The notes beneath the pieces were generated by a model, which saw only the letters and a program-made list of their open reading frames with translations, did no database searches and was not told where the DNA came from. Of a stretch of DNA of 64,000 nt, positions 45,562-55,060 are shown in pieces. Location of the stretch: contig JBAYJY010000002.1 of assembly GCA_041664945.1 (NCBI GenBank), forward strand, positions 8,721-72,720. The letters are read 5' to 3'. Each line of letters starts with the position of its first letter. Position 1 is the first letter of the stretch. This stretch comes from a bacterium (GTDB taxonomy: Bacteria > UBP15 > UBA6099). The position numbers were made by a program, and so were the translations under genes.

Positions 45562-45594
45562 ACGCATGCATCAGGATTAGATGGAGAAATCACC

Positions 45595-46827
45595 ATGATA
45601 AAAGTTAAGAAAACCACAGATAAAACGAAAATAAAATTCATAGACGGCGGGCCGGCGGCTGTCATAGGCGTCACGGGCGCGGGTGTTCACTGCGGCCTTA
45701 AGCCGGACAAAGAGCTCGACGCAGCATTGTTTTTGTCAGAGAAACCTTGCAAAACCGCAGCGTTTTTTACGACGAATAAGCTGCTGGGCGCGCATATCCC
45801 TGTGTTCCGCGAAAAGCTACAGGCGGGCGGCGGTCTTGTCTCGGCGCTGTTAGTGAACAGCAAGAACGCGAATTGCTCGACCGGCAAACAGGGAGAGAGA
45901 GACAATATCGCTGTGAGCGCGGCGCTCGCAAAGGAACTCGGACTGCCGGCCGAACAGGTTCTGTTCGCCTCCACGGGAGTGATAGGAGTCCGGTTGCCGA
46001 AAGACAAGATTCTATCTGGCTTGGACGCGTTGGTGACTCAGCACGGAAAGCGCGGCATGGCGAACGCGGCGCGCGCGATAATGACAACGGACACGCGTCC
46101 GAAATCGTGCGCGGTGGAAGTCGAGCAAGGCGGGCGGCTATACCACATAGGCGGGGTCGCAAAAGGCTCGGGAATGATCGCGCCGAATTTGGCGACGATG
46201 TTTTCTTTTGTTTTCACGGACGCCGACCTGCCGATGGCGCTTTTGAAAAAAATCGCGGCGGAATGCGTCGAGGAATCATATAACTCGATTTTAGTCGACG
46301 GCGATATGAGCCCGAACGATACGGTTTTGGCTATGGCTAACGGAATGAGCGAAGTGAAGCTCGCCGCGAGCGATGAGGCCGGACTCGCGCTGTTCAAAGA
46401 GGCGCTCGGCTCCGTCATGAAACAGTTGGCGATGGAAATCGTGCGCGACGGCGAAGGAGCGACGAAGGTGATGCACATCGAAGTGAACGGCGCCGCAAGC
46501 GCCGCTGACGCGAAATGCATAGCGCGAGCGATCGCGCTGTCCCCGCTCGTAAAAACAGCCGTCTTCGGAATGGACCCGAACTGGGGACGTATCATCTCCG
46601 CCGCGGGCGCATCCGGCGCGAAATTCGATCCGCTTCGAGCGAGTCTTCTCATCGACGGCGCGCGTGTTTTCAAGCTTGGCAAGCCGCAACAGTTCAAGGC
46701 TAAGATAATGCGAAAGCCCGATGTTTTCATCCAGCTCGACGCAGGCCTCGGAAGCGCGTCCGCTCGCTTTTGGTCTTGTGATCTCTCTATAGACTATGTT
46801 AAGATTAACGCCGAATATATGACGTAG
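45595..46827 (+). CDS. argJ: bifunctional ornithine acetyltransferase/N-acetylglutamate synthase
   Basis: 410 aa. Motifs are MTTDT and the autoprocessing region GMIAPNLATMFSFVFTDA. Confidence 0.9.
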   Translation: MIKVKKTTDKTKIKFIDGGPAAVIGVTGAGVHCGLKPDKELDAALFLSEKPCKTAAFFTTNKLLGAHIPVFREKLQAGGGLVSALLVNSKNANCSTGKQGERDNIAVSAALAKELGLPAEQVLFASTGVIGVRLPKDKILSGLDALVTQHGKRGMANAARAIMTTDTRPKSCAVEVEQGGRLYHIGGVAKGSGMIAPNLATMFSFVFTDADLPMALLKKIAAECVEESYNSILVDGDMSPNDTVLAMANGMSEVKLAASDEAGLALFKEALGSVMKQLAMEIVRDGEGATKVMHIEVNGAASAADAKCIARAIALSPLVKTAVFGMDPNWGRIISAAGASGAKFDPLRASLLIDGARVFKLGKPQQFKAKIMRKPDVFIQLDAGLGSASARFWSCDLSIDYVKINAEYMT

Positions 46828-46840
46828 AAGGTGGTGTGTC

Positions 46841-48055
46841 TTGAAACTCAAGGAAGCGATTGAAAAAGATAAAAAATATGTATTCCAAACATACCGGCGA
46901 ACGCCGCTTCTGCTGACTCATGGGCGCGGAGCGTACGTTTACGATTCCGATGGAAAGCGTTACCTCGATTTTTTGACGGGGATAGCTGTGAACGCGCTCG
47001 GACATGGAAATCCGCGAGTGACAGGCGCTATTGCGCGACAGATAAAAAAGCTCTCGCACGTTTCTAATCTATATTATTCCGAGCCGATGCTGCTTGTGGC
47101 CGAACGGCTGACGAAGCTCGCCGGGATGTCGAAGGCTTTTTTCTGCAACAGCGGCGCTGAAGCGAACGAGGCGGCGATCAAGCTCGTGCGACGCTATCAT
47201 TCAGAGATTCTTAAAGACGGCCGCTCCGAGATTATCTGTTTCGAGCACGCGTTTCACGGGCGGACGCTCGGTACGCTCGCCGCTACCGGCACGGAGGCGT
47301 ACAAGAAGGGTTTCGAGCCGCTCGCTCCGGGTTTCAGGCATGCTGTTTTCAATGATCTCGCGTCGGTCGAGAAGCTTATAACGAAAAAAACGGCGGCGAT
47401 TATGCTGGAGCCGACGCAGGGCGAGGCGGGCGTTTATCCCGCGACCGCAGCGTTCATGCGCGGCCTCAACGCGCTGCGAAAAAAACATGGGATTAATTTG
47501 ATATTCGACGAGGTCCAGTGCGGGCTCGGGCGGACTGGAAAATGGTTTGCTTTCGAGCATTATAAAGTCAAGCCGGACGTAATCACGCTTGCGAAGCCGA
47601 TAGGCGGCGGGTTGCCGTTGGGCGTCATGATGGCGCAGGGCAAGGTTGTTGAAGGATTCACTGCCGGGAGCCACGCGACGACGTTCGGCGCCGGACCTGC
47701 CGCATGCGCGGCGGCGCTTGCGTTCATCGATGAAGTTGAGAAGCTCGGCCTCCTCGAAAACGCGGCGCGGATGGGCGATTACTTTGCAGCGAGCGTGAAG
47801 GAACTGAAGAAAAAGAATCCGGAAATTATTGAAGTCCGCGGAAAAGGATTGATGATCGGAGTCGAGATAGCGGCTGATGCGCCGGCGGCGGCGGATTTCT
47901 TCCGCGAAAACGGGATGCTGATTAATGCGATCAGAAAGAACATCATTCGGATTTTGCCGCCGTATACTGTCACCGAAGCGCAGGCCGACAGGTTCGTAAA
48001 GCTTCTCGGCGAATATCTTGCTGCGGCGCGGCGCGCGGAAGGAGCATCAAAATGA
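46841..48055 (+). CDS. argD: acetylornithine aminotransferase (class III PLP)
   Basis: 404 aa with a TTG start. Motifs are FCNSGAEANEAAIKL, IFDEVQCGLGRTG and TLAKPIGGG (PLP Lys). Confidence 0.85.
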   Translation: MKLKEAIEKDKKYVFQTYRRTPLLLTHGRGAYVYDSDGKRYLDFLTGIAVNALGHGNPRVTGAIARQIKKLSHVSNLYYSEPMLLVAERLTKLAGMSKAFFCNSGAEANEAAIKLVRRYHSEILKDGRSEIICFEHAFHGRTLGTLAATGTEAYKKGFEPLAPGFRHAVFNDLASVEKLITKKTAAIMLEPTQGEAGVYPATAAFMRGLNALRKKHGINLIFDEVQCGLGRTGKWFAFEHYKVKPDVITLAKPIGGGLPLGVMMAQGKVVEGFTAGSHATTFGAGPAACAAALAFIDEVEKLGLLENAARMGDYFAASVKELKKKNPEIIEVRGKGLMIGVEIAADAPAAADFFRENGMLINAIRKNIIRILPPYTVTEAQADRFVKLLGEYLAAARRAEGASK

Positions 48056-48999
48056 GCAACCGGTTCAAGGGCCGCGACCTTCTTACATTGAGGGATTTCG
48101 AGGCCGGCGAAATAATTGAAATCATTGACTTGGCGGCGGCGCTGAAGGGCGAGTTGAAGCGCGCGGGATTTAATTCCGCGCAGCCTCTCGCGAACAAATC
48201 GGTGGCGCTGTATTTCGAGAAGCATTCGTTGCGCACACGCGTCTCGTTCGAGGTCGGAATCCGGCAACTCGGCGGGCAGTCAATTTTCATGAATTCGTCC
48301 ACGACGCATTCCGAGCGCGGCGAGCCGATGATGGACTCGGCGCGAGTTCTCACCCGGTATGTGCATGGCGTTGTTTACCGCGCTTTCAAACACGCTGACG
48401 TGGCCGAGATGGCGCGCTATGCCGACATTCCCGTCATCAATGCGCTTTGCGACCAGGACCATCCTTGTCAGGCGCTAGCGGACCTGCTCACGATATACGA
48501 GCACAAGGGCAGCTCCGGAAAAATCAAAGTCGCTTATATCGGCGACGCTGCGAACAATGTGGCCGCGTCGCTTGTCACAATATTTACAAAAGTCGGAATC
48601 GACTTCGCGCTCGGCTGCCCGGATAGTTACCGGCCTGCGGATGAACTTCTTGCCGAAGCGGAGGCCGACGCGAAAGCGGGCGGTTCGACGCTGAACGTGT
48701 TCAAGAATCCGGCCGACGCCGCTCGCGACGCAGATATTGTATACACGGACGTCTGGATCAGCATGGGAGACGAAGAGGAAGCCGGCGCGCGCAAACAGGC
48801 TTTTGAAGGATACATGGTTGATGTGAAATTAATGTCTGCCGCGGCGCCGAATGCGCTCTTCATGCACGATATGCCGGCTCACCGCGGCGAAGAGGTTCAT
48901 TCCGATGTGATCGACAGCGGCAGTTCGATAATAATCGATCAGGCGGAAAACCGGCTGCATGCTCAGAAAAGCGTGATGGCATTGACGATAGGCGATTGA
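48052..48999 (+). CDS. argF: ornithine carbamoyltransferase
   Basis: 315 aa with a 4-nt overlap with argD. Motifs are FEKHSLRTRVSFE, HPCQALADL and FMHDMPAHRGEEV. Confidence 0.9.
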   Translation: MSNRFKGRDLLTLRDFEAGEIIEIIDLAAALKGELKRAGFNSAQPLANKSVALYFEKHSLRTRVSFEVGIRQLGGQSIFMNSSTTHSERGEPMMDSARVLTRYVHGVVYRAFKHADVAEMARYADIPVINALCDQDHPCQALADLLTIYEHKGSSGKIKVAYIGDAANNVAASLVTIFTKVGIDFALGCPDSYRPADELLAEAEADAKAGGSTLNVFKNPADAARDADIVYTDVWISMGDEEEAGARKQAFEGYMVDVKLMSAAAPNALFMHDMPAHRGEEVHSDVIDSGSSIIIDQAENRLHAQKSVMALTIGD

Positions 49000-49045
49000 A
49001 TAATCGGGAATACGCGCTGTTTAACGAAATGGCGCATGGCGGTTT

Positions 49046-50089
49046 ATGAAAGACGAGAAACCAACGCAGCGTATAGTGTCCGGCGCGAAGACCGAAGACG
49101 AGCAGCGCTCGGAGATGTCCATCAGGCCGTCGAGTCTGGCGGACTACATCGGACAGCGGCAGGTTAAGAATAATCTGTCGATCTCGATCAGCGCGGCTTT
49201 GCAGCGCGGCGAGCCGATGGACCATACGCTGCTGCACGGACCGCCGGGGCTTGGCAAGACTACGCTCGCGCACATTATCGCAAACGAACTCGGCGCCGGA
49301 ATCACGGCAACATCGGGCCCGGCGATCGAGCGCTCCGGCGATCTCGCCGCGATTCTCACAAACCTGAATGACCGCGACGTGCTTTTCATAGACGAAGTGC
49401 ACCGCCTTAACAAAATCGTCGAGGAAACTCTCTACCCGGCGATGGAGGATTATAAGATTGACATCATAATCGGCGAAGGGCCGAGCGCGAGAACGATCAA
49501 GCTGGATCTGCCGAGGTTCACGCTTGTCGGAGCGACAACTCGCGCCGCGCTGCTGACGTCGCCGCTCCGGGACCGGTTCGGGATAACGCATAGAATGGAT
49601 TTCTATGAGGAAAAAGACCTTGTGGAGATCGTGACGCGCGCCGCGCGGGTGCTCGGAGTCGGGATAGAGCCGGACGCGGCGTCTGAACTTGCGCGCCGGG
49701 CGCGCGGAACTCCGCGAGTGGCGAATCGGCTTCTGAAACGCGTGCGTGATTTTGCCCAGGTGCGAGGCGACGGCTCGGTTACGCTTGCGGCGACGCGCGA
49801 GGGTCTTGAGATGCTGGACGTGGATTCTGTGGGATTAGAGAAAATGGACCGCCTAATTCTGGAAACTATTATAATGAAGTTCGGCGGCGGCCCGGTAGGG
49901 CTGGACACTCTCGCCGCGGTTGTCAGCGAGGAACAGGACACAATTAACGACGTTTACGAACCATATCTCGCCAAGCTCGGGTTCATTCAGCGCACGCCGC
50001 GAGGGCGGATTGCGACTTCGAGCGCGTACGAACACATGAAAATCAAGACCGGAAAGGAGAAACGGCAGAGCGAACTATGGGAGGGTTGA
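49046..50089 (+). CDS. ruvB: Holliday junction branch migration helicase RuvB
   Basis: 347 aa. Motifs are [31 protein letters not shown] and [15 protein letters not shown]. Confidence 0.95.
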   Translation: MKDEKPTQRIVSGAKTEDEQRSEMSIRPSSLADYIGQRQVKNNLSISISAALQRGEPMDHTLLHGPPGLGKTTLAHIIANELGAGITATSGPAIERSGDLAAILTNLNDRDVLFIDEVHRLNKIVEETLYPAMEDYKIDIIIGEGPSARTIKLDLPRFTLVGATTRAALLTSPLRDRFGITHRMDFYEEKDLVEIVTRAARVLGVGIEPDAASELARRARGTPRVANRLLKRVRDFAQVRGDGSVTLAATREGLEMLDVDSVGLEKMDRLILETIIMKFGGGPVGLDTLAAVVSEEQDTINDVYEPYLAKLGFIQRTPRGRIATSSAYEHMKIKTGKEKRQSELWEG

Positions 50090-50117
50090 AAATTCTTCCG
50101 CGCCTGCCGCTATATTA

Positions 50118-50921
50118 ATGAAGAAATTTCTTACAGCAGCAATAATCATGATTGCAATGTCGGGTCCGGCGATCGCGGCTCCGTCCGCGCCGGCGGCTCC
50201 AGCGGCCAAGCCGGCTGCGGCAAAAACCGCGCCTGCGCCTGCGGCCGTTCAACCGGCTGTCGTTCCCGAGGCAAAACCGGCGGAGGTTGTCCCGTCGGCG
50301 GAAGAAATTATCGCCGGCGTCAAGGCGGCGTACGCGCCTATCACTTCGTACACCGTCATTTTCGAGATGGTTCAGATGATAAAACCGGTAAATAAGCGCG
50401 ACGAGATCAAAGAAAAGAAAGCAATGAATATATTCGAGATGAAATATCTGCGGCCGGACCCGGAGAAAAAGGAATGGCTAATGAGGCTGACCGCGTTGCG
50501 CGGGAATCACCAGCGCACTGTGGCAGTGTACGCGCCCGACAAAAAAGGGAAGGGCAAATACACCGTTTACAAACCGGCGGGCAAAGTGGTAGTCAGCCCC
50601 GATGATCCGCGAGCGACCGGCCTTGCGATGGCGGATCTGCATTCGTTCATAGCCGATATTGAGACATCCGCGGCCGCGAAGGACGCTAAAACCAATGTGG
50701 CATATCTCTCAGGCACGAATCAATATTCGATAGAAATCGCCGGAGACGCCGTAAGAACAACGACTTATGTTGACCGCGCGACATTCCATCTTGTGCGCCA
50801 GGTTCTTGAATTAAAAACGAGGGGCGGCTATGGTTTCAAGCAAGAAATAAGCTGGCGCGATTTCAAGCCGAACGCAAAACTCAGCCCGGAGGCCATTACA
50901 AAGGCCCCGGCCAAACTATAA
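50118..50921 (+). CDS. hypothetical secreted protein with Ala/Pro-rich linker (possible LolA-like fold)
   Basis: 267 aa. A signal peptide is followed by APSAPAAPAAKPAAAKTAPAPAA. The fold call is weak. Confidence 0.45.
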   Translation: MKKFLTAAIIMIAMSGPAIAAPSAPAAPAAKPAAAKTAPAPAAVQPAVVPEAKPAEVVPSAEEIIAGVKAAYAPITSYTVIFEMVQMIKPVNKRDEIKEKKAMNIFEMKYLRPDPEKKEWLMRLTALRGNHQRTVAVYAPDKKGKGKYTVYKPAGKVVVSPDDPRATGLAMADLHSFIADIETSAAAKDAKTNVAYLSGTNQYSIEIAGDAVRTTTYVDRATFHLVRQVLELKTRGGYGFKQEISWRDFKPNAKLSPEAITKAPAKL

Positions 50922-50934
50922 GGAGCGACAGGAA

Positions 50935-52923
50935 ATGCTGATAACGAAGATCAGGAAGAAAACACATCTCATCATGTGGCTGTTTTTGGGAATCTTTGTG
51001 ATAGGCGGGGTGTTTTTGACCTACGGCGTGTTCATGCCCGGAAGCAGAGGGCAGGGGCCAACGGCAAAAAAATCAAGCGTTCCAAACGATGTTCTGAGCG
51101 TGGACGGCCAAAAAGTAAGCTTGATGCAGTTCGAAAGCGGATATTCAAAGCTCAAAAGGAATTACGAGAGCATGGGCGGCATGAGGTTCGACACTTACCC
51201 CATGCAGATGTATCTCAAAATGCAGGCGCTTGAGATGATGACGACGCAGCAGCTTCTGCTGCAGGAGGCGAAGAAGCGCGGAGTGCGCGCTGACAGCGCC
51301 GAAGTCGCGAAGCGGATAAAACAGGAGCAGGAATTTCTGCTCGGGCCGGAAACGAAAGCCGGCGGCGCGGGCGCGGGCGACAGCGTTAAAAAGTTCTTCG
51401 CGGCTAAAGAGCGCGAGAAAGAGTTTCGCGACAGTCTCAACAGAACCGGCGTTTTGTACGAAACATTCAAATTGGAGATACAAAACGAGGTCAAGCAGAG
51501 CAAAGTTGTGGAGCTTATTGCCGCGGATCAGATGAAAGTCGAAACGGCGAATGCGCGAAAAAAGGCGCTCGATGTTATCGAGAAGCTCAAGACCGGCGAG
51601 CCGTTCGAAAAGGTGGCGGCGCAGTTCTCCGAGGACGAAGCGTCGAAGAACAACGGCGGCGATCTCGGGTGGGTGAAGCGTGGAATGCTTCCGCAGCCGA
51701 TCGAGCAAGCCTCGTTCGCTCTCCAACCCGGCCAGGTAGCGCAGCAGCCGGTTGAGACCCCGGAAGGTTTTCACATAATCCAACTGCTCCAGAAGAAAGA
51801 AGCGGTCGGCCCGGAATTCGAGTCGCAGAAGAATCAGATCATCGCTTCCATCCGCGCGCAGAAGGGCGATGAAACCTTAAAAGTTTCAATGGATGAAATT
51901 AAAAATGCTTATGAAGCTTTTCACGCGCGCGACATAGTGATCCGGATGAAGACGAAGGACCAGATCGCCCAGGAATGGATTCAAAATGAGCGCACAAAAG
52001 GGAAACATAAGATCGATATTATCAACCCCGAGCTTAACGCGTACAAGTATCTATATGGCAACATGTTCTCGCAGACAGCGGCGCCCCCCGATCTTGACAA
52101 AGCGATAAAGCTTTACGAGAAGGCGGCGGACGCGGACCCGGCAAATCCTTATCCGTACTATGAGCTCGGAAATATTTACAAGCAGAAATATTCGAAAGAC
52201 GAGATAAAGAAAGCGGGCGGCGAGAACGACCCGTACGCGAAGGCGATAAGCGAAGAGAAGAAAGCGGCTCCCGCCGGTTCGAGAAAGGCGGGCAAAGATG
52301 AAGAGAATAACATGAAGGAAGCTCTTCGCGAGTACAAACGCGCGAATGAAGTCGCTATTGGCAATAACATTTACGATCCGATATTGCTGATCACTCTCGG
52401 AGACACGGCAAAGACGCTCGGAGAACATAAGGTGGCGATAGACAGCTACGCCGAAGCGGTGGATTTCTCCGCCGGGAATAAGCAGTATCTCACTCAGATC
52501 AAAAACGGCCTTGAGGGATATAAATCGGCAAAGGTCGTGAAGGCTCTGAAAGACGTGAATGAACTGCTCGCCGAGCTTGACGCGATTGAAAAGGAAAACG
52601 CGAAAAAGGCGGCTGAGGCCAACCCGGCGCCGGAAGCGCCTGCCGCTCCCGTGCCGCCTGAAGGCGTGAAGGCTGTTAAAGTTCAGAAGCCAGGCGCGCA
52701 AAACGCTGACAATCAGCAACCGGCTGGATCGTCTGCGGCGCAAGCCGGAAAACCTTTGACCGTTAGAACATTTAAGGTTCAGCCCGGCGGCAAAGCGGTT
52801 GAAGTCCTGAAAAAAGCGCCCGTTGCGAAACCGGCTGCGACGCCGGTAGGGTCAAACGCGTCGCCGACTCCGGCTGAGGCGCCGACTCCGCCTCCGCCCC
52901 CGCAGCCAGCGCCGCAGCAATAA
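50935..52923 (+). CDS. membrane-anchored PpiD/SurA-like parvulin peptidyl-prolyl isomerase with TPR-like region and Pro/Ala-rich tail
   Basis: 662 aa with an N-terminal TM. The parvulin motif is FSEDEASKNNGGDLGWVKRGMLPQPIEQASFAL...PEGFHIIQL. The C-terminal tail reads ...APTPPPPPQPAPQQ. Confidence 0.75.
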   Translation: MLITKIRKKTHLIMWLFLGIFVIGGVFLTYGVFMPGSRGQGPTAKKSSVPNDVLSVDGQKVSLMQFESGYSKLKRNYESMGGMRFDTYPMQMYLKMQALEMMTTQQLLLQEAKKRGVRADSAEVAKRIKQEQEFLLGPETKAGGAGAGDSVKKFFAAKEREKEFRDSLNRTGVLYETFKLEIQNEVKQSKVVELIAADQMKVETANARKKALDVIEKLKTGEPFEKVAAQFSEDEASKNNGGDLGWVKRGMLPQPIEQASFALQPGQVAQQPVETPEGFHIIQLLQKKEAVGPEFESQKNQIIASIRAQKGDETLKVSMDEIKNAYEAFHARDIVIRMKTKDQIAQEWIQNERTKGKHKIDIINPELNAYKYLYGNMFSQTAAPPDLDKAIKLYEKAADADPANPYPYYELGNIYKQKYSKDEIKKAGGENDPYAKAISEEKKAAPAGSRKAGKDEENNMKEALREYKRANEVAIGNNIYDPILLITLGDTAKTLGEHKVAIDSYAEAVDFSAGNKQYLTQIKNGLEGYKSAKVVKALKDVNELLAELDAIEKENAKKAAEANPAPEAPAAPVPPEGVKAVKVQKPGAQNADNQQPAGSSAAQAGKPLTVRTFKVQPGGKAVEVLKKAPVAKPAATPVGSNASPTPAEAPTPPPPPQPAPQQ

Positions 52924-52960
52924 TTCCGTTTACGGCGCGTATGTTTTTGTGTTCGATTCG

Positions 52961-52990
52961 AGGGCGCGATTTTTTTGATCGCGCCCTTTT
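52961..52990 (+). terminator. rho-independent terminator / intercistronic hairpin
   Basis: The sequence is AGGGCGCGAT-ttttttg-ATCGCGCCCTTTTCG, a 10-bp stem followed by a T-run. Confidence 0.7.
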
Positions 52991-53033
52991 CGATAGATGG
53001 ATTTTTTCAAAACGAGGACAAAGGTGTCGGATA

Positions 53034-54467
53034 ATGAAGACAATTAAGGCAAAGCTGGCGATATTTGCCCTTTTATTCCTCTCGCTCTGCCCGGTTATAT
53101 CAGGCGGATGCGCGAAAAAAATACCGGCTGAACGTACGAAAGCCTCGGATGCCAAGCCAGCGGCGGCCTTGATTGTTGACGGCGAACGGATTAACGATGC
53201 GTTTTTCAAATATGAATATCTACGATTCAAACTGCTGTATGAAAAATACGGCGGAGTGAAGTTCGACAACTACCCGGCCGTTATGCGCCTGAAGTCGCAA
53301 GTGGCAGATGTCCTTATAGCGCAGCAGATATTTTTAAATGAAGCGCGAAAGCAGTCAATTACAGCGTCTGACGCGGAGGTTGATGAGCAGATTGAGACGG
53401 AGATGGATGGTTTAATCGGCCCGGCCGAGGGCGCAAAGGGGAACGGCGCGCCGAAGGATCGAATGAAAAGAATGCGCGCTGAACTTAAGAAGCAGGGCAT
53501 ATCATACGATGCTTTTTTAACTACGATAAGACGCGGGATAATTCAGAACAAAGCTGTTGCCGAAATATCGGGAGAGCTTGCTCTTGAATCGGGAAGAAAG
53601 GCGAAAGCCGATGCGGAGGAAGTGATAGGGAAGCTGAAAAATGGCGCGAAATTCGAGGATCTGGCGAAGCAATATTCGCAGGACGAAGCGACTCGCTTGA
53701 AGGGCGGCGACCTTGGACGCATGAAAAAAGGAACGCTGCCGGCGGAGTTCGAATCGGCGGCTCTGAGCATGGCGCCGGGCGCGTTTACGGAGACGCCGGT
53801 GGAAACCGCGGGCGGCCTTCACGTGATTCAATTGCTCGAAAAGGAAGGCGACATATACCGGGCGCGGCACATATATTTTCTCGTGAAATCCGGAAATGCA
53901 ATCGCCGGCGAATGGGTTAGAAATGAACGCGAGAGCGGGAAACACAAGATAGATATCACCGATCCCGAATTGAACGCATACCGGTATCTTTACGGCAGCG
54001 TTTTCAACACCGGGTCCGGGAAGGCGAATTTTAACGGCGCCATCGCGCTCTATAATAAAGCCATAGATTCAGATCCGTCCAATCCTTACCTGTATTTTGA
54101 ATTAGGCAGAATTTACGAGTTGAAAAACGCAAAATCGGAGCTTGAAAAAAAGCGCAACTCGAAGGCGCCTGCCGCGAATGGAGATGATAGCAAGGCGTTT
54201 TTGAACGAAGCGCTGCGTTATTACAAAAAGGCCGAGGGGGCGGCGGAAAAGAAGAATATCACCGACCCATTGCTGCTTATCAGCGTTGCTAAAACGCAAA
54301 AGAAACTGGGCGACAACAAGTCTGCGGAAGCGAACTATATCCGCGCGGTTGAAAAAGCGGCTGGAAACGAACAGTATCTCAAAACGATAAAAGAAGGCCT
54401 TTCAGGATACAGTTCTGAAGCGGCAAAGAAAGCGCTCGAACAAACGAATGAACTAATGGCGAAATAA
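53034..54467 (+). CDS. lipoprotein PpiD/SurA-like parvulin peptidyl-prolyl isomerase (paralog of upstream gene)
   Basis: I chose ATG 53034. The lipobox-like signal is LSLCPVISGGC. The parvulin motif is YSQDEATRLKGGDLGRMKKGTLPAEFESAALSM...AGGLHVIQL. The shared block GKHKIDIxxPELNAYxYLYG matches the upstream paralog. Confidence 0.75.
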   Translation: MKTIKAKLAIFALLFLSLCPVISGGCAKKIPAERTKASDAKPAAALIVDGERINDAFFKYEYLRFKLLYEKYGGVKFDNYPAVMRLKSQVADVLIAQQIFLNEARKQSITASDAEVDEQIETEMDGLIGPAEGAKGNGAPKDRMKRMRAELKKQGISYDAFLTTIRRGIIQNKAVAEISGELALESGRKAKADAEEVIGKLKNGAKFEDLAKQYSQDEATRLKGGDLGRMKKGTLPAEFESAALSMAPGAFTETPVETAGGLHVIQLLEKEGDIYRARHIYFLVKSGNAIAGEWVRNERESGKHKIDITDPELNAYRYLYGSVFNTGSGKANFNGAIALYNKAIDSDPSNPYLYFELGRIYELKNAKSELEKKRNSKAPAANGDDSKAFLNEALRYYKKAEGAAEKKNITDPLLLISVAKTQKKLGDNKSAEANYIRAVEKAAGNEQYLKTIKEGLSGYSSEAAKKALEQTNELMAK

Positions 54468-54551
54468 GCTGGCGGTTCGCTAAAACAATATGTCTCGATA
54501 TCAGAAATTATTTTGTAATCAGCATAAATTCTTGTTCTTGAGGAAAACTCG

Positions 54552-55010
54552 ATGAAGCAGATTCCGAATCCACGAAAAACATTCGGCGTTATTTTCATCG
54601 CCATGTTCCTGTCATGCGCTCTTTATGCTTTTCTCGGCAACGTAATAGCCGGACACAGAGTTCCGGCTGAAGGCAATGGCGTGGAAACAATAAAGTTGAT
54701 TTTTTCGATAGCCGCCGCGGGCGCTTTTTTATTCGGTCTGCAATGGCCGCGATTCGCTTTGACGGAAGAGAAGCTGCGCTCGAAGGGTAACAGGGCGGAG
54801 GCAATGAAGCTGGTTCAGAAAACTGCGATCAATTCGCTTGCCTGTATTGAGTCTGTCGCGATATTTGGCCTTATGTGGTCGTTCATTGCATCCGAAGTGA
54901 AGCAGCTTCCGTATTCGTCCGGCTTTGCGATGCTTACGATGCTGTATTTGCGGATGCAGATAAACGGATATTTTGATAAGGTTGAAAGCCTTTTCCCCAT
55001 GGATAAATAG
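54552..55010 (+). CDS. hypothetical small membrane protein (4 TM)
   Basis: 152 aa with four hydrophobic segments. I recognise no motif. Confidence 0.45.
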   Translation: MKQIPNPRKTFGVIFIAMFLSCALYAFLGNVIAGHRVPAEGNGVETIKLIFSIAAAGAFLFGLQWPRFALTEEKLRSKGNRAEAMKLVQKTAINSLACIESVAIFGLMWSFIASEVKQLPYSSGFAMLTMLYLRMQINGYFDKVESLFPMDK

Positions 55011-55060
55011 ATATATAATTCTTTGAAGTCAGGGCCGGATCATTTTAGGAGGTTTTAATA

